64,000 nucleotides of DNA from a candidate division Kazan bacterium (GCA_003647645.1 QMNG01000002.1:1151-65150); one strand, 5' to 3'. Shown: positions 46,771 through 56,558, counted from the first letter of the stretch. Notes: generated by a model from the sequence alone, not told the origin. Program-made: numbers and translations.

Positions 46771-47424
46771 TTAAGTTATTACAATTACAAACTCTCCTTT
46801 GGGCTGATTATCAACAAAGTAATTAATCATTTGAGACACAGGCAGGGATAGGATTTCTTCATGGATTTTAGTTAATTCTCGGCCGACTATCACATCTCTC
46901 TCACCCAAATGCTCCCTGATATCTTTTAAAGTTTTTAGAACTCGTGCTGGTGATTCAAACAACACAACAGGTACGGATATTTTTGATAGCTCTTTTAAAA
47001 AAGTTTTCCGCCCCTTCTTTTTGGGAATGAAACCAACGAACAGAAAAGAATCGGCATTTATGCCGGCGGTGCTGAGGATGGTCGTGATTGCACTTGGCCC
47101 CGGGATTGGTATTATTTTAATATTGTTGTCACGGGCTGCCGCAACCAGTTTTTGCCCCGGATCAGAAATGCCGGGAGTTCCCGCATCACTAACCAAGGCA
47201 ATGTTTTTGCCACTTTTTAGCAGACCAATAATTTGATTCAGCTTGTTTTCTCGTGAGAATTTATGGAAGCTAACAAGCTGCTTTTTAATTTTAAAATGAG
47301 CCAATAGTTTTTGGGTCTGGCGGGTATCCTCAGCAGCAATTATGTCCACAGATTTTAGGGTGTCTAAAGCTCGCAGGGTAATATCCTGCAGGTTGCCGAT
47401 AGGGGTGGCTACTATAAACAGCAT
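46771..47424 (-). CDS. rsmI: 16S rRNA (cytidine1402-2'-O)-methyltransferase RsmI
   Basis: LFIVATPIGNLQDITLRALDTLKSVDIIAAEDTR, DAGTPGISDPG. Confidence 0.9.
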   Translation of the reverse strand: MLFIVATPIGNLQDITLRALDTLKSVDIIAAEDTRQTQKLLAHFKIKKQLVSFHKFSRENKLNQIIGLLKSGKNIALVSDAGTPGISDPGQKLVAAARDNNIKIIPIPGPSAITTILSTAGINADSFLFVGFIPKKKGRKTFLKELSKISVPVVLFESPARVLKTLKDIREHLGERDVIVGRELTKIHEEILSLPVSQMINYFVDNQPKGEFVIVIT

Positions 47425-47427
47425 GTT

Positions 47428-48666
47428 TTAGAGATAGGTTACCAAAAGGGCTATATCGAGTCCTAACATAAGAACTATTGACGCTACACCAAATAAATTA
47501 CTCCAGAATCCGTTGGTATATTTACCCATAATTTTGCGGTTATTGGTAATTAACATTAGCAAAATTATCAACACCGGCGTGAGCACGCCGTTTAACACTT
47601 GGCTATAAAATAGCATCAACATCGGCAAAGTGTTAGTAAACACCAGTAAGCCGGAAAGGATAATGGCGGCAATCAATATAATGTAGAATCCCTTGGCCTG
47701 AGCAAATGGAAAGTTGAGACCAGACTTAATATTTAAGGCGTCTCCCCCAACATAAGCGGTTGAGGCGGCCAACACGGGGATGCTGACGATACCAGAACCC
47801 AAAATGCCAATGGCAAATAATATGAAGGCCAGGTCACCGGCTATTGGCCTGAGTGATAACGCAGCTTGAGCGGCGTTGGGAATAAAATTTGTTTGTCCGC
47901 TAAATACAACTGCGGCTGTGACAATGGCAAAAAAGGCAATCAGTTGAGCAAGAGCAAAGCCGATTACTACTCCACGGGTTTCTTTCTGCAGGTCTTTAAC
48001 GGTTGTTTTATCTTCAATTTCCTCTGTTGCCTGCCAGAAGATAAGGTACGGAGCAATGGTGGTTCCTACAAAGGCGGTAGCTGCCAGTAATATAATATTA
48101 TCCAGCCTTAGCACTGGGGTTACAGTGGCTGATAAAACTTCTCCCCAGTCTGGCCCCACTAGAAAGCCGGCTACTATGTAAACTGTTAGTACAATAGTAG
48201 AGACCAATAGGTATTTACTGATGATCGAATAACTTTTACCAACTAAAATTATTAACAATATAAAAATAAGAGGTGCCACTAACCACAGCCAGTTGATGTT
48301 TAACAAGTTCCCCAGTACCTCAGCCATTGCTGCGATATTGGCTGAGATGGTGACAACATTGCAAATTAAAACAATTAAAGCCGCGGCGTAAGTGATCTTT
48401 CTACCGTAAGTGTTGCGCAAAACAACTGCCAAGCCCTTTTTAGTAACTACGCCTACCCGAGCACTCATTTCTTCAACAGCAGACACCAAAGGAAGCAATG
48501 CCGGCACCAACCAGAGCAGACTGAACCCCGTAGTGGCTCCCATCTGCAGAAAAGTAGCTATTCCGGCTGGATCATCATCCGCCGCTCCGGTAATTACCCC
48601 CTCCCTAGAAATCATAAAACGGTTCAAAGGGTTTCGCCTGCGCTTTAAAATTCTGGTTTTTCTCAT
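47428..48666 (-). CDS. Nramp/SLC11-family cation transporter with non-canonical metal-site residues (NRMT-like)
   Basis: 412 aa, ~11 TM. The TM1 motif reads DPAG (canonical DPGN). The TM6 motif reads GTTIAPY (canonical GAxxMPH). Confidence 0.82.
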   Translation of the reverse strand: MRKTRILKRRRNPLNRFMISREGVITGAADDDPAGIATFLQMGATTGFSLLWLVPALLPLVSAVEEMSARVGVVTKKGLAVVLRNTYGRKITYAAALIVLICNVVTISANIAAMAEVLGNLLNINWLWLVAPLIFILLIILVGKSYSIISKYLLVSTIVLTVYIVAGFLVGPDWGEVLSATVTPVLRLDNIILLAATAFVGTTIAPYLIFWQATEEIEDKTTVKDLQKETRGVVIGFALAQLIAFFAIVTAAVVFSGQTNFIPNAAQAALSLRPIAGDLAFILFAIGILGSGIVSIPVLAASTAYVGGDALNIKSGLNFPFAQAKGFYIILIAAIILSGLLVFTNTLPMLMLFYSQVLNGVLTPVLIILLMLITNNRKIMGKYTNGFWSNLFGVASIVLMLGLDIALLVTYL

Positions 48667-49544
48667 CAGATATCTTTTTTAAACTGCTTGAATAGCTTTA
48701 CCCATTGAGTTATAGAGAGTTCCTGGGCCCGCGTTTGGGGGCTGATGCCAACGTATCTCAACTTTTCCTGAACGGTTGCATCATTAATATTTAATCCCCC
48801 GCTAAGACTATTGTGCAATTGTTTACGTCTCTCTCCAAATCCAGCTTTAAGCATTCGGAAGAATTTTTTTACATCATCGACGCTGTGCTGAAGCTGAGAA
48901 GAATGAGGGACAATTTTTAGAATTGCTGAATCGACTTTCGGCTTCGGCCAAAATGCATCTTTCGAAACTGCAGCGATAATCTCTGGTTTTCCAAAAAATT
49001 GGACGGACAGGCTCAATAGGCTCATTTCTCCCGGTTTGGCAACAATTCTTTCCGCCACTTCCTTCTGGACCATAACTACGATTAAATCCGGCCGGTAGTT
49101 AGTTTCTAAAAACTGCTTTAAGACGGCGGAAGTGATGTAGTAGGGCAAATTAGACACCAGTTTGTAGCGGGTTTTCTTATTTCTGGTTTTGCTCCAGGCT
49201 TTATAGTGACTATATAATTCTTTGCCATCGAGCCGTAGAACATTGGCCGGTAGCAAATCAATGTTTTGATACCCACTGCTGATGGCTCGCAAAATGCTTA
49301 GGATTTTTTTGTCTGTTTCAATAGCCAGTATGCGTCCGGCCTTTTCTGCCAAAAGCAGCGTTAGCGTGCCGAAGCCAGGGCCCACCTCAACTACAAAATC
49401 GACTTTGGATAGTTCGGCGGCTTTGGTGATTTTATCTAAGACCTCTTTATCAATTAAAAAATTCTGCCCCAAACTTTTTTGAGCCGAGACATTGTAGTGG
49501 GTTAAAAGTCCCTTAATAATGTTGAGATTGGTTAAGTCAATCAT
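48666..49544 (-). CDS. rsmA: 16S rRNA (adenine1518/1519-N6)-dimethyltransferase RsmA/KsgA
   Basis: SLGQNFLID, VVEVGPGFGTLT, SNLPYYITS. Confidence 0.9.
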   Translation of the reverse strand: MIDLTNLNIIKGLLTHYNVSAQKSLGQNFLIDKEVLDKITKAAELSKVDFVVEVGPGFGTLTLLLAEKAGRILAIETDKKILSILRAISSGYQNIDLLPANVLRLDGKELYSHYKAWSKTRNKKTRYKLVSNLPYYITSAVLKQFLETNYRPDLIVVMVQKEVAERIVAKPGEMSLLSLSVQFFGKPEIIAAVSKDAFWPKPKVDSAILKIVPHSSQLQHSVDDVKKFFRMLKAGFGERRKQLHNSLSGGLNINDATVQEKLRYVGISPQTRAQELSITQWVKLFKQFKKDI

Positions 49545-51643
49545 GTTCTAAGCTTAATCTCTGCTATCCCCGATGCCAAATTCTTTATCCCCTCTTTTGT
49601 AAAGGCCACAGTCAGAACATCACCGGTTTTACTGATAACAATACCGTCTCCAAATTTTTTGTGTTTTATTTTGTCGCCGGCTTTTATTTCAGTGTCTGAA
49701 TAAGGATTGGACTTCGTATAGCCATGGGCCGCTTGTCTTTTGATTGTCTTGGTTAAATGTTCCGGCAAGTCCGAAATGAAACGTGATGGCGGGTTGTTTT
49801 GCAAACTACCGTAAAGCAGGCGCTCCTGAGCATATATAAGATAAACCCTCTTGCGGGCTCGAGTGATGGCTACATAGCAAAGGCGGCGTTCCTCTTCTAA
49901 CTCTTCTTGATCAAACAAAGTGCGACTGTGGGGGAAGATATTCTCCTCCATGCCGGCCACAAAGACATAGTCAAATTCCAGGCCCTTGGCTGAATGGATC
50001 GTCATTAAAGTGATTGCCTCATCTTCCGGATTATAGTCATCAATGTCAGCAATTAAGCTGACCTCTTCCAAAAATATGGTCAGTGCTTCCTGCGGAGGCA
50101 AGTGGTCATATTTTTCCATCACTGATTTTAATTCAAAGATATTTTCAAGTCGGGTTTCGCCTTCAACTCCCTCGCTTTTAAGCATTAATTTATATCCCGT
50201 GGCCGCGAGAATAAAGTTTAGCAGCTTACTCAGCACAACTGTCCGGCTCTTTTTAAAAATTCGTTCCATTGTCTGGACAAACCCCGCCATTTGTGGCGTC
50301 GGCTTCTCAATGTTTTTTAAATAGCTGTAAATGCTGATTTGCTGGTCGCGGGCAGCTTTTTCCAGATCGAGAAAACCCTTTTTGCCGATTCCCCGGCGGG
50401 GAGTATTGATGATTCGCGCCAGTGCTATGTTATCGTCAGGATTATTTATTAATTTTAGATATGCCAGCATATCTTTAATTTCTTTTCGTTCGTAAAATCG
50501 TACGCCGCCAACCACCCGATACGGTATGCCGGCTCTGAGTAAGCTTTCCTCCAAGCTGCGCGACTGCGCGTTAGTGCGATACAAAATTACAAAATCATTG
50601 CGGGTAGCTTTTGTATCAGCTTGGATTCTGCCGATCTCCTGCCAAATGAACTCGCCTTCATTTTTTTCATTTAGGGCCTGATAGATTATGATTGGTTCCC
50701 CCTCGTCTTGTTTGGTCCATAATTTTTTGTCACTTCTGTTTTGGTTATGAGAAATTATTGCGTGAGCGCCATCCAAAATATTTTGGGTAGAGCGGTAGTT
50801 GCGTTCAAGTTTGACAATTTTAGCTTTGGGGTAGTCGCGATGAAAATTCAGGATATTTTGATAATTAGCCCCCCGCCACGAGTAGATGCTCTGCCAGTCG
50901 TCTCCCACCACAAATATATTGTTGTGGGAGCTGGCTAGAAGCTTAGCCAACCGGTACTGGGCTGTGTTAGTATCCTGATACTCGTCAATCAGCAGATATT
51001 GAAATTGGTTTTGGTATTTATTCAATACATCGGGATGACTTTCAAATAATATTACTGCATTCATTATCAAGTCATCAAAATCCATCGCTTGGCTGTTTTG
51101 CAAAATGGCTTGATAGATGGGATAAATGCGGGCGACTGTACGCTGAAATGTACCTGAAGATTTGCTGGAATATTCTTTAGCGCCTACAAGCTCATTTTTG
51201 GCGGAGGAGATGTGCGCGCGAACAGCTTCCGGTACAGTTCGTTTGGGGTCAATATTTAGCTGTTCCATCGCCTGCTTAATGGCAGTCAGCTGATCATCGG
51301 CATCTAGTATGCTGAAGCTCAAACTATAACCCAGTTTTCCGGCTTCACGGCGAAGCAGACGAGCACAAAACGAATGAAAGGTGCTGATGTTAAAGTCTTT
51401 GCTGTTGCGTTTGCCGGTGATCTTTAATACCCGGTCCTTTATTTCCTCAGCTGCTTTGTTAGTGAAGGTAATTGCCAGAATATTTGACGGGGCTACCTTT
51501 TTTTGTTTAACCAAATAGGCAATCCGGTGTGTGAGGGCTTTAGTTTTTCCACTTCCTGCTCCCGCCAGCACTAAAACCGGTCCGTTAATTTGCTTGACGG
51601 CCTCGATCTGTTCCTTATTCAGCTCCCTTAGAATATCTAGCAT
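49541..51643 (-). CDS. pcrA: ATP-dependent DNA helicase PcrA/UvrD (SF1A)
   Basis: Motif I AGAGSGKT, motif II LIDEYQDTN, YRS, VTLMTIHSAKGLEFD, RRLCYVAITRA. ATGA overlap with rsmA. Confidence 0.92.
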   Translation of the reverse strand: MLDILRELNKEQIEAVKQINGPVLVLAGAGSGKTKALTHRIAYLVKQKKVAPSNILAITFTNKAAEEIKDRVLKITGKRNSKDFNISTFHSFCARLLRREAGKLGYSLSFSILDADDQLTAIKQAMEQLNIDPKRTVPEAVRAHISSAKNELVGAKEYSSKSSGTFQRTVARIYPIYQAILQNSQAMDFDDLIMNAVILFESHPDVLNKYQNQFQYLLIDEYQDTNTAQYRLAKLLASSHNNIFVVGDDWQSIYSWRGANYQNILNFHRDYPKAKIVKLERNYRSTQNILDGAHAIISHNQNRSDKKLWTKQDEGEPIIIYQALNEKNEGEFIWQEIGRIQADTKATRNDFVILYRTNAQSRSLEESLLRAGIPYRVVGGVRFYERKEIKDMLAYLKLINNPDDNIALARIINTPRRGIGKKGFLDLEKAARDQQISIYSYLKNIEKPTPQMAGFVQTMERIFKKSRTVVLSKLLNFILAATGYKLMLKSEGVEGETRLENIFELKSVMEKYDHLPPQEALTIFLEEVSLIADIDDYNPEDEAITLMTIHSAKGLEFDYVFVAGMEENIFPHSRTLFDQEELEEERRLCYVAITRARKRVYLIYAQERLLYGSLQNNPPSRFISDLPEHLTKTIKRQAAHGYTKSNPYSDTEIKAGDKIKHKKFGDGIVISKTGDVLTVAFTKEGIKNLASGIAEIKLRT

Positions 51644-51760
51644 ACTCCAATATTATATACATTTTTCTGCCTCTAGCCTCTTTTTTAGTCTCAGAGCTGA
51701 TTTGCTATACTATAGAGGAGTTTTTCCCTGTTCTCTATCCATAGTTTCTAATTCTAATCA

Positions 51761-52489
51761 ATGTCGGGACATTCTAAGTGGTCTACCATCAAGCACAAGA
51801 AAGCCATCACTGATGCCAAACGCGGTGCAGTTTTTACAAAATTAGCCAGATTGATTGAGGTAGCCGCCAAATCGGGCCCCAATCTTGATATGAATTTTAA
51901 ATTGAAATTAGCGGTCCAGAAAGCCAAGGCCGCTAATATGCCGGCTAGCCACATTGATAAGGCCATCAAAAAGGGGGCGGGTCTGGATAGAGATAAAAGT
52001 AATATCGAAGAGGTAATATACGAAGGGCTAGGGCCGGCTAACGTGGCGATTATGGTCCAAGCGCTAACCGACAACAAGAATCGGACAGTTTCGGATCTTC
52101 GAAATATATTTGCGAAATCTGGCGGCAGTTTGGGTAATACCGGGTCGGTGGCCTGGCAATTTGCCAGCAGGGGTCTGATTACAGTAGACAAAAGCGGTGA
52201 CGATCTGGAGTTAAAACTCATTGATGCCGGAGCAGAGGAAGTTGAAGACCTGAAAGATGTTTTTGAGGTTCACACTGACCCCAAGAAACTTAACCAGGTT
52301 AAGCAAACCATCGAAAAATTGGGAATTAAAGTCAGAGAGGCTAAATTGGCGATGGTGCCAACCCAGACTATAAAGGTGACTGATGCCGCCGACGCCAAAA
52401 AAATTATCAATCTAATGAATGCGCTGGACGATAATCCTGATGTCTCTGAAGTTTTTGCCAATTTTGATATAGACGAAAATTTAATGTAA
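51761..52489 (+). CDS. yebC: YebC/PmpR-family DNA-binding regulator
   Basis: MSGHSKWSTIKHKKA N-terminus, 242 aa. Confidence 0.92.
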   Translation: MSGHSKWSTIKHKKAITDAKRGAVFTKLARLIEVAAKSGPNLDMNFKLKLAVQKAKAANMPASHIDKAIKKGAGLDRDKSNIEEVIYEGLGPANVAIMVQALTDNKNRTVSDLRNIFAKSGGSLGNTGSVAWQFASRGLITVDKSGDDLELKLIDAGAEEVEDLKDVFEVHTDPKKLNQVKQTIEKLGIKVREAKLAMVPTQTIKVTDAADAKKIINLMNALDDNPDVSEVFANFDIDENLM

Positions 52490-52549
52490 CTAGTTCTGCC
52501 AAAAATCCATCAAGCGGGCTGATAAATAGAGTGATGAAACACTTAAACA

Positions 52550-53077
52550 ATGATCATGAAAAAGATTTCTAGCGGGAAGAAGGACTCTGTAACAGTTATT
52601 TTGGGTCTGGACCCCGGGACTGCCACCACCGGCTGGGGAGTTATTTCTACACATGGAGATAAAAATAAATACATCGCCCACGGCTGTATTGAAACACCTG
52701 CGAAAACTGAATTGCCACTTCGGCTTGATAGCATTGCCAAACAATTAACCAAGTTGATTAGGATATACAAGCCCGATTTAGTCTCAGTTGAGGAGATATA
52801 TTTTTATAGCAATACCACAACCGCCATTTCTGTCGCCCAGGCGCGGGGAGTTTTACTACAAATTGCAGCTGCGCATCACCTGCCGGTTCACAGCTACACT
52901 CCCCTGCAAGTGAAGCAGGCCCTGACTGGCTACGGCAATGCCGACAAGCGCCAAATCCAAAAAATGATTACAATAGTATTGGGCATGGAAGCCGTTCCCG
53001 CCTCCGATGACGCAGCTGACGCTCTGGCGATTGCGGTTACCTGCGCTCACTCGTTTAAATTAGAAGGGATCAAATGA
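52550..53077 (+). CDS. ruvC: Holliday junction resolvase RuvC
   Basis: ILGLDPGTATTGWGVI, VEEIYF, ADALAIAVTC. Confidence 0.9.
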   Translation: MIMKKISSGKKDSVTVILGLDPGTATTGWGVISTHGDKNKYIAHGCIETPAKTELPLRLDSIAKQLTKLIRIYKPDLVSVEEIYFYSNTTTAISVAQARGVLLQIAAAHHLPVHSYTPLQVKQALTGYGNADKRQIQKMITIVLGMEAVPASDDAADALAIAVTCAHSFKLEGIK

Positions 53078-53637
53078 TTGGATACCTCACTGGCAAGGTT
53101 CAGACCCAAGGGCTCAACTGGATTATCTTGGAAACTTCCGGGGGAGTTGGCTATAAAGTATTTGTTACTAGTGAAATCATTGCCGGTTTTAAAACCGGCT
53201 CCAAGATATCTCTGTTGACCCATCTGGTGGTTCGTGAAGACCAACTAACTCTGTACGGTTTTTTAACAGAAGCTGAACTTAATTTCTTTGCTCAGCTGAT
53301 CAGTGTTTCCGGCGTGGGCCCCAAAAGTGCATTGGGTGTGTTAAACGCCGGTAAAGTATCGGAGTTAAGATCTGCTATCAACAAATCGAATGTAGCCATC
53401 TTTACAACTATTTCAGGCATCGGTAAAAAGACGGCGGAGCGAATTATAGTTGAACTCAAAAATAGGCTGGAGGCGGCCGATGGCGCAGTTCCCATCGGAA
53501 CTCAGGACTTGCTGACAGCGCTTGCGGGACTGGGGTATAATGCGTATGAAGTTAAAAAGATTCTGCCTGACATACCCAAAGATCTAGATGCTATTGAGGA
53601 TCGTCTGCGTTACGCTCTAAAACTATTAGGTAAATAA
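53074..53637 (+). CDS. ruvA: Holliday junction branch migration protein RuvA
   Basis: MIGYLTGKV, two HhH motifs (VSGVGPKSAL, ISGIGKKTAERI). Confidence 0.88.
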   Translation: MIGYLTGKVQTQGLNWIILETSGGVGYKVFVTSEIIAGFKTGSKISLLTHLVVREDQLTLYGFLTEAELNFFAQLISVSGVGPKSALGVLNAGKVSELRSAINKSNVAIFTTISGIGKKTAERIIVELKNRLEAADGAVPIGTQDLLTALAGLGYNAYEVKKILPDIPKDLDAIEDRLRYALKLLGK

Positions 53638-53667
53638 TATATTAGTGATTTTCAAAAGGGTCTCATC

Positions 53668-53853
53668 ATGAAGAAAGATACTCGTTCGCCTGGCAACTGC
53701 ATCCATGGTCTTGATTTTATCGATAAGCTGCTGATTATCCTATTCGCCATTGTTGTCCTGTTGGTCAATATTGGCATTTTCAGTACGGCTTGGCTAGCCT
53801 ACTGGCCGCTGTTTCTGATCGTCTGGATAATTAAGGAATTTTTGGACGAATAA
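53668..53853 (+). CDS. Hypothetical small 2-TM protein (61 aa)
   Basis: ORF with two hydrophobic helices; no other support. Confidence 0.4.
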   Translation: MKKDTRSPGNCIHGLDFIDKLLIILFAIVVLLVNIGIFSTAWLAYWPLFLIVWIIKEFLDE

Positions 53854-53858
53854 CCGCC

Positions 53859-54842
53859 GTGAATAAATTGTTCGTCACAATTGCAATTGCAATGGGGGCG
53901 CTGACGATTGTTGTTGTCAGCGCCTACTTTGTGCTGTTTGCTCCCCCCGATTATACCGGCACTAAAACAGTATTTGTTGTTAACAGCGGCCAAAGTATTG
54001 CAGATGTTATCAATTCGCTTTTTGAGGAACAGTTTGTCCGTTCCCGTCTCGGTGCCAAAATTGCTTTTAAACTCAGTCGGGTGCGGGTTGTTCAGGCGAA
54101 TATTTATGATGTGTCCCAGCGGATGAACGCTTGGCAAATTGCCCGGGTTATTGGCGGTGATGAGATAAATGCGGCCAAAGTTACCGTTCCTGAGGGTTTT
54201 ACCATTGAGCAGATTGGAGAATTGCTGCACAAAAAAAGTATTGTTAGCGCCGAGAAATTTGTAGATTTTGCCACTAATTATGCGTCAGACAGAGATTTTT
54301 TAACAGCCAGAAACACTAATTCGCTGGAGGGTTATCTTTTCCCAGATACCTACAATTTTGCCCACGGCGTTGATCCTCAAAACATTACTGAAAAGATGTT
54401 GAGTAATTTTAATCGGCGCATCAGTCCGCTGGCGGATGACATTGCCAGCTCTCGATATGATCTTCATCAAATCATTACTCTAGCATCGTTGGTCGAAAAA
54501 GAAGCCCGCAATGATGAGGACAGAAAGCTGATGGCGGGTGTGATGCTTAACCGTCTAAATATCGGAATGAAACTAGATGTAGATGCCACTGTGCGTTACA
54601 TCACAAATAATTGGTTGGAGCCGATTGGTCAAGATGATTTGGATATTGATTCACCGTATAATACCCGAAAATATGCCGGTCTTCCGCCCGGACCCATTTG
54701 CAATCCCGGTTTGGCCGCGATCGAGGCGGTGCTTCGCCCGACTGCCAGCCGCTACTTTTATTACCTCACTGCCCCTGATGGCACCAGCTATTACGCCAGA
54801 ACTTTGGATGAACATAATGCCAACAAGGCCAAGTATCTGTAG
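53859..54842 (+). CDS. mltG: Endolytic murein transglycosylase MltG (YceG-like)
   Basis: GTG start, N-terminal TM, ASLVEKEA, SPYNTRKYAGLPPGPICNPG. Confidence 0.88.
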   Translation: MNKLFVTIAIAMGALTIVVVSAYFVLFAPPDYTGTKTVFVVNSGQSIADVINSLFEEQFVRSRLGAKIAFKLSRVRVVQANIYDVSQRMNAWQIARVIGGDEINAAKVTVPEGFTIEQIGELLHKKSIVSAEKFVDFATNYASDRDFLTARNTNSLEGYLFPDTYNFAHGVDPQNITEKMLSNFNRRISPLADDIASSRYDLHQIITLASLVEKEARNDEDRKLMAGVMLNRLNIGMKLDVDATVRYITNNWLEPIGQDDLDIDSPYNTRKYAGLPPGPICNPGLAAIEAVLRPTASRYFYYLTAPDGTSYYARTLDEHNANKAKYL

Positions 54843-55034
54843 CTATTTCTTCCCTCGGGGTCTTGAGACCCTCTGGGTCGGAGACCAGTCCTTGATCTCG
54901 ATTTTTCTGCCGGATTCAAGCGAAATGCTGACTTTTTGGTGCTCATGCCATCCCAAGGTGTCGATAATCGCCTTTGGCACCACGACCGTGTAGCTATATT
55001 TCCCCAGTTTGTTGAGTTTTCTCGTAAACTTCAT
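54843..55034 (-). CDS. AbrB/MazE/SpoVT-type DNA-binding domain protein (63 aa), solitary
   Basis: KLGKYSYTVVVPKAIIDTLGW....V.I......IEIK is a swapped-hairpin (SpoVT-AbrB) pattern. No partner toxin ORF. Confidence 0.75.
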   Translation of the reverse strand: MKFTRKLNKLGKYSYTVVVPKAIIDTLGWHEHQKVSISLESGRKIEIKDWSPTQRVSRPRGKK

Positions 55035-55049
55035 AATCCTGATGAACTA

Positions 55050-55075
55050 ATAGTATATACTATGCTATATACTAT
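55050..55075. promoter_or_regulatory. Candidate operator: TATATACTAT-gc-TATATACTAT direct repeat, first copy inside the 14-nt perfect palindrome ATAGTATATACTAT
   Basis: Read directly in the 78-bp divergent spacer between the abrB-like gene and comEC. A possible - strand promoter, TTGACT (55084-55089), 16-nt spacer, TAGCAT (55062-55067), overlaps it. Confidence 0.4.
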
Positions 55076-55112
55076 TTTAAATTAGTCAAGTAAATGTGTA
55101 CGATTTGAATAA

Positions 55113-56558
55113 ATGGTCTATCCCTATCAAGTCGTTGCGATTTTTGGCTTAAGTTTTTTGTTTGGTGTTCTCATCGCCTCATATTTTCACCTCCCTATCT
55201 GGATAATTCTGCTGGGGATTTTTTTATTCGGAATAACTTTATTTCTAAAACGCAGAGTTTTAATTAGATTAATATCTGTTTTTGGTTTGGGGATGCTGCT
55301 GGGCTGGTGGAGATATGATGCAGTAATCCAGCCAGTCCAAAATTCAGTTGCCGACTGGGCTGGAGAAACAATTACTGTCTCTGGATTTGTAAAAAGCGAT
55401 CCAGAAACCATTAATAATGTGCAAACCTTGCACCTTGATGTTTATTCAATTGAAAAAAAGCCGGCTGCCGGAAAGATATTGCTAAGCACCTGGCCGCTTC
55501 CCCGCTTTTACTACGGCGATGAATTAACTATGAAGGCAAAAATATCTTTGCCAAAACTCACACCGGAGTTTGATTACGCTGCCTATCTTCGCAAGGATGG
55601 CATATATGCTCTAGGGCAGACGGTTAGTGAAGTATCTATTCTACGCAGCCCCAGAAATTCTGTGCTGTATTGGCTTTATAAGGCCAAACACTGGCTGTCC
55701 GGCCAGATCAACAAATTTTTGCCCGAGCCGGACAGCGCCTTAATGAATGGATTACTGTTGGGACTGCGGACTCAATTGCCCGAACAATTTAAAGAACTGC
55801 TGCAATATTCCGGCACAACTCATATTATTGCCCTGTCTGGATTTAACATTACTGTCATTGCCGGTTTTTTCTTGTGGATGTTTGGAGCCATTCCGCGCCG
55901 TTTTGGGTTGATAATGGCCGGATTAGGCATTTTATTATTTGTCTTGATGACAGGAGCGGCTAGTTCGGTAGTTCGAGCAGCGATTATGGGTGGAATAATG
56001 CTATTGGCAGCTTATTTGCATCGTAGAAGAAGCTTATTTAACGCTGTTATTGTGGCAGCGATGATTATGGTGGCGATAAATCCATTGGTGTTACAATATG
56101 ATGCCGGTTTTCAACTTTCGGTGGCTGCCACGATTGGATTAATTGCCATCACCCCGCTGGTTTTGCCAAAATTATCTGGATTTCCCATAGTTGTTAAAGA
56201 AGCTTTGGCCACAACTGCCGCGGCAACCGTTGCTGTAATTCCATTGGTTGTTTTTCATTTTGGTGGTTTTTCGCTTTATACAATCCTAGCCAATTTGTTA
56301 GTGGTGCCCTTGGTTCCAATTACGATGTTGACGGGGTTTGCAACATTGGTCATCCATTTGGCTGTTCCCTTTTGGGGCTTTATCGGTCTGGCTAGTTTCG
56401 CTCTCACCCGTGTTTTAGTAAATATAATCAGTTTTTTTGGATCGCTGCCATACGCATTTGTAGAATTGCCGCCTCTTTCCCCCGTCTGGCCGGTCATTTA
56501 TTATTTACTGCTTATAGTCGGAGTTTATTGGTTAAAAAATGTTCAATCAAAAACTTAA
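55113..56558 (+). CDS. comEC: ComEC/Rec2 DNA-uptake channel, N-terminal and competence domains only
   Basis: Polytopic. GTTHIIALSGFNITVIAGF block typical of the Competence domain. Lacks the C-terminal MBL domain. Confidence 0.85.
   Translation: MVYPYQVVAIFGLSFLFGVLIASYFHLPIWIILLGIFLFGITLFLKRRVLIRLISVFGLGMLLGWWRYDAVIQPVQNSVADWAGETITVSGFVKSDPETINNVQTLHLDVYSIEKKPAAGKILLSTWPLPRFYYGDELTMKAKISLPKLTPEFDYAAYLRKDGIYALGQTVSEVSILRSPRNSVLYWLYKAKHWLSGQINKFLPEPDSALMNGLLLGLRTQLPEQFKELLQYSGTTHIIALSGFNITVIAGFFLWMFGAIPRRFGLIMAGLGILLFVLMTGAASSVVRAAIMGGIMLLAAYLHRRRSLFNAVIVAAMIMVAINPLVLQYDAGFQLSVAATIGLIAITPLVLPKLSGFPIVVKEALATTAAATVAVIPLVVFHFGGFSLYTILANLLVVPLVPITMLTGFATLVIHLAVPFWGFIGLASFALTRVLVNIISFFGSLPYAFVELPPLSPVWPVIYYLLLIVGVYWLKNVQSKT

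Noticed and set aside
54843-55034. AbrB/MazE-like protein as the antitoxin of a toxin-antitoxin pair
   Set aside because: There is no MazF, PemK or other small ORF upstream or downstream. The downstream side is occupied immediately by the mltG stop codon. It is treated as a solitary regulator instead.
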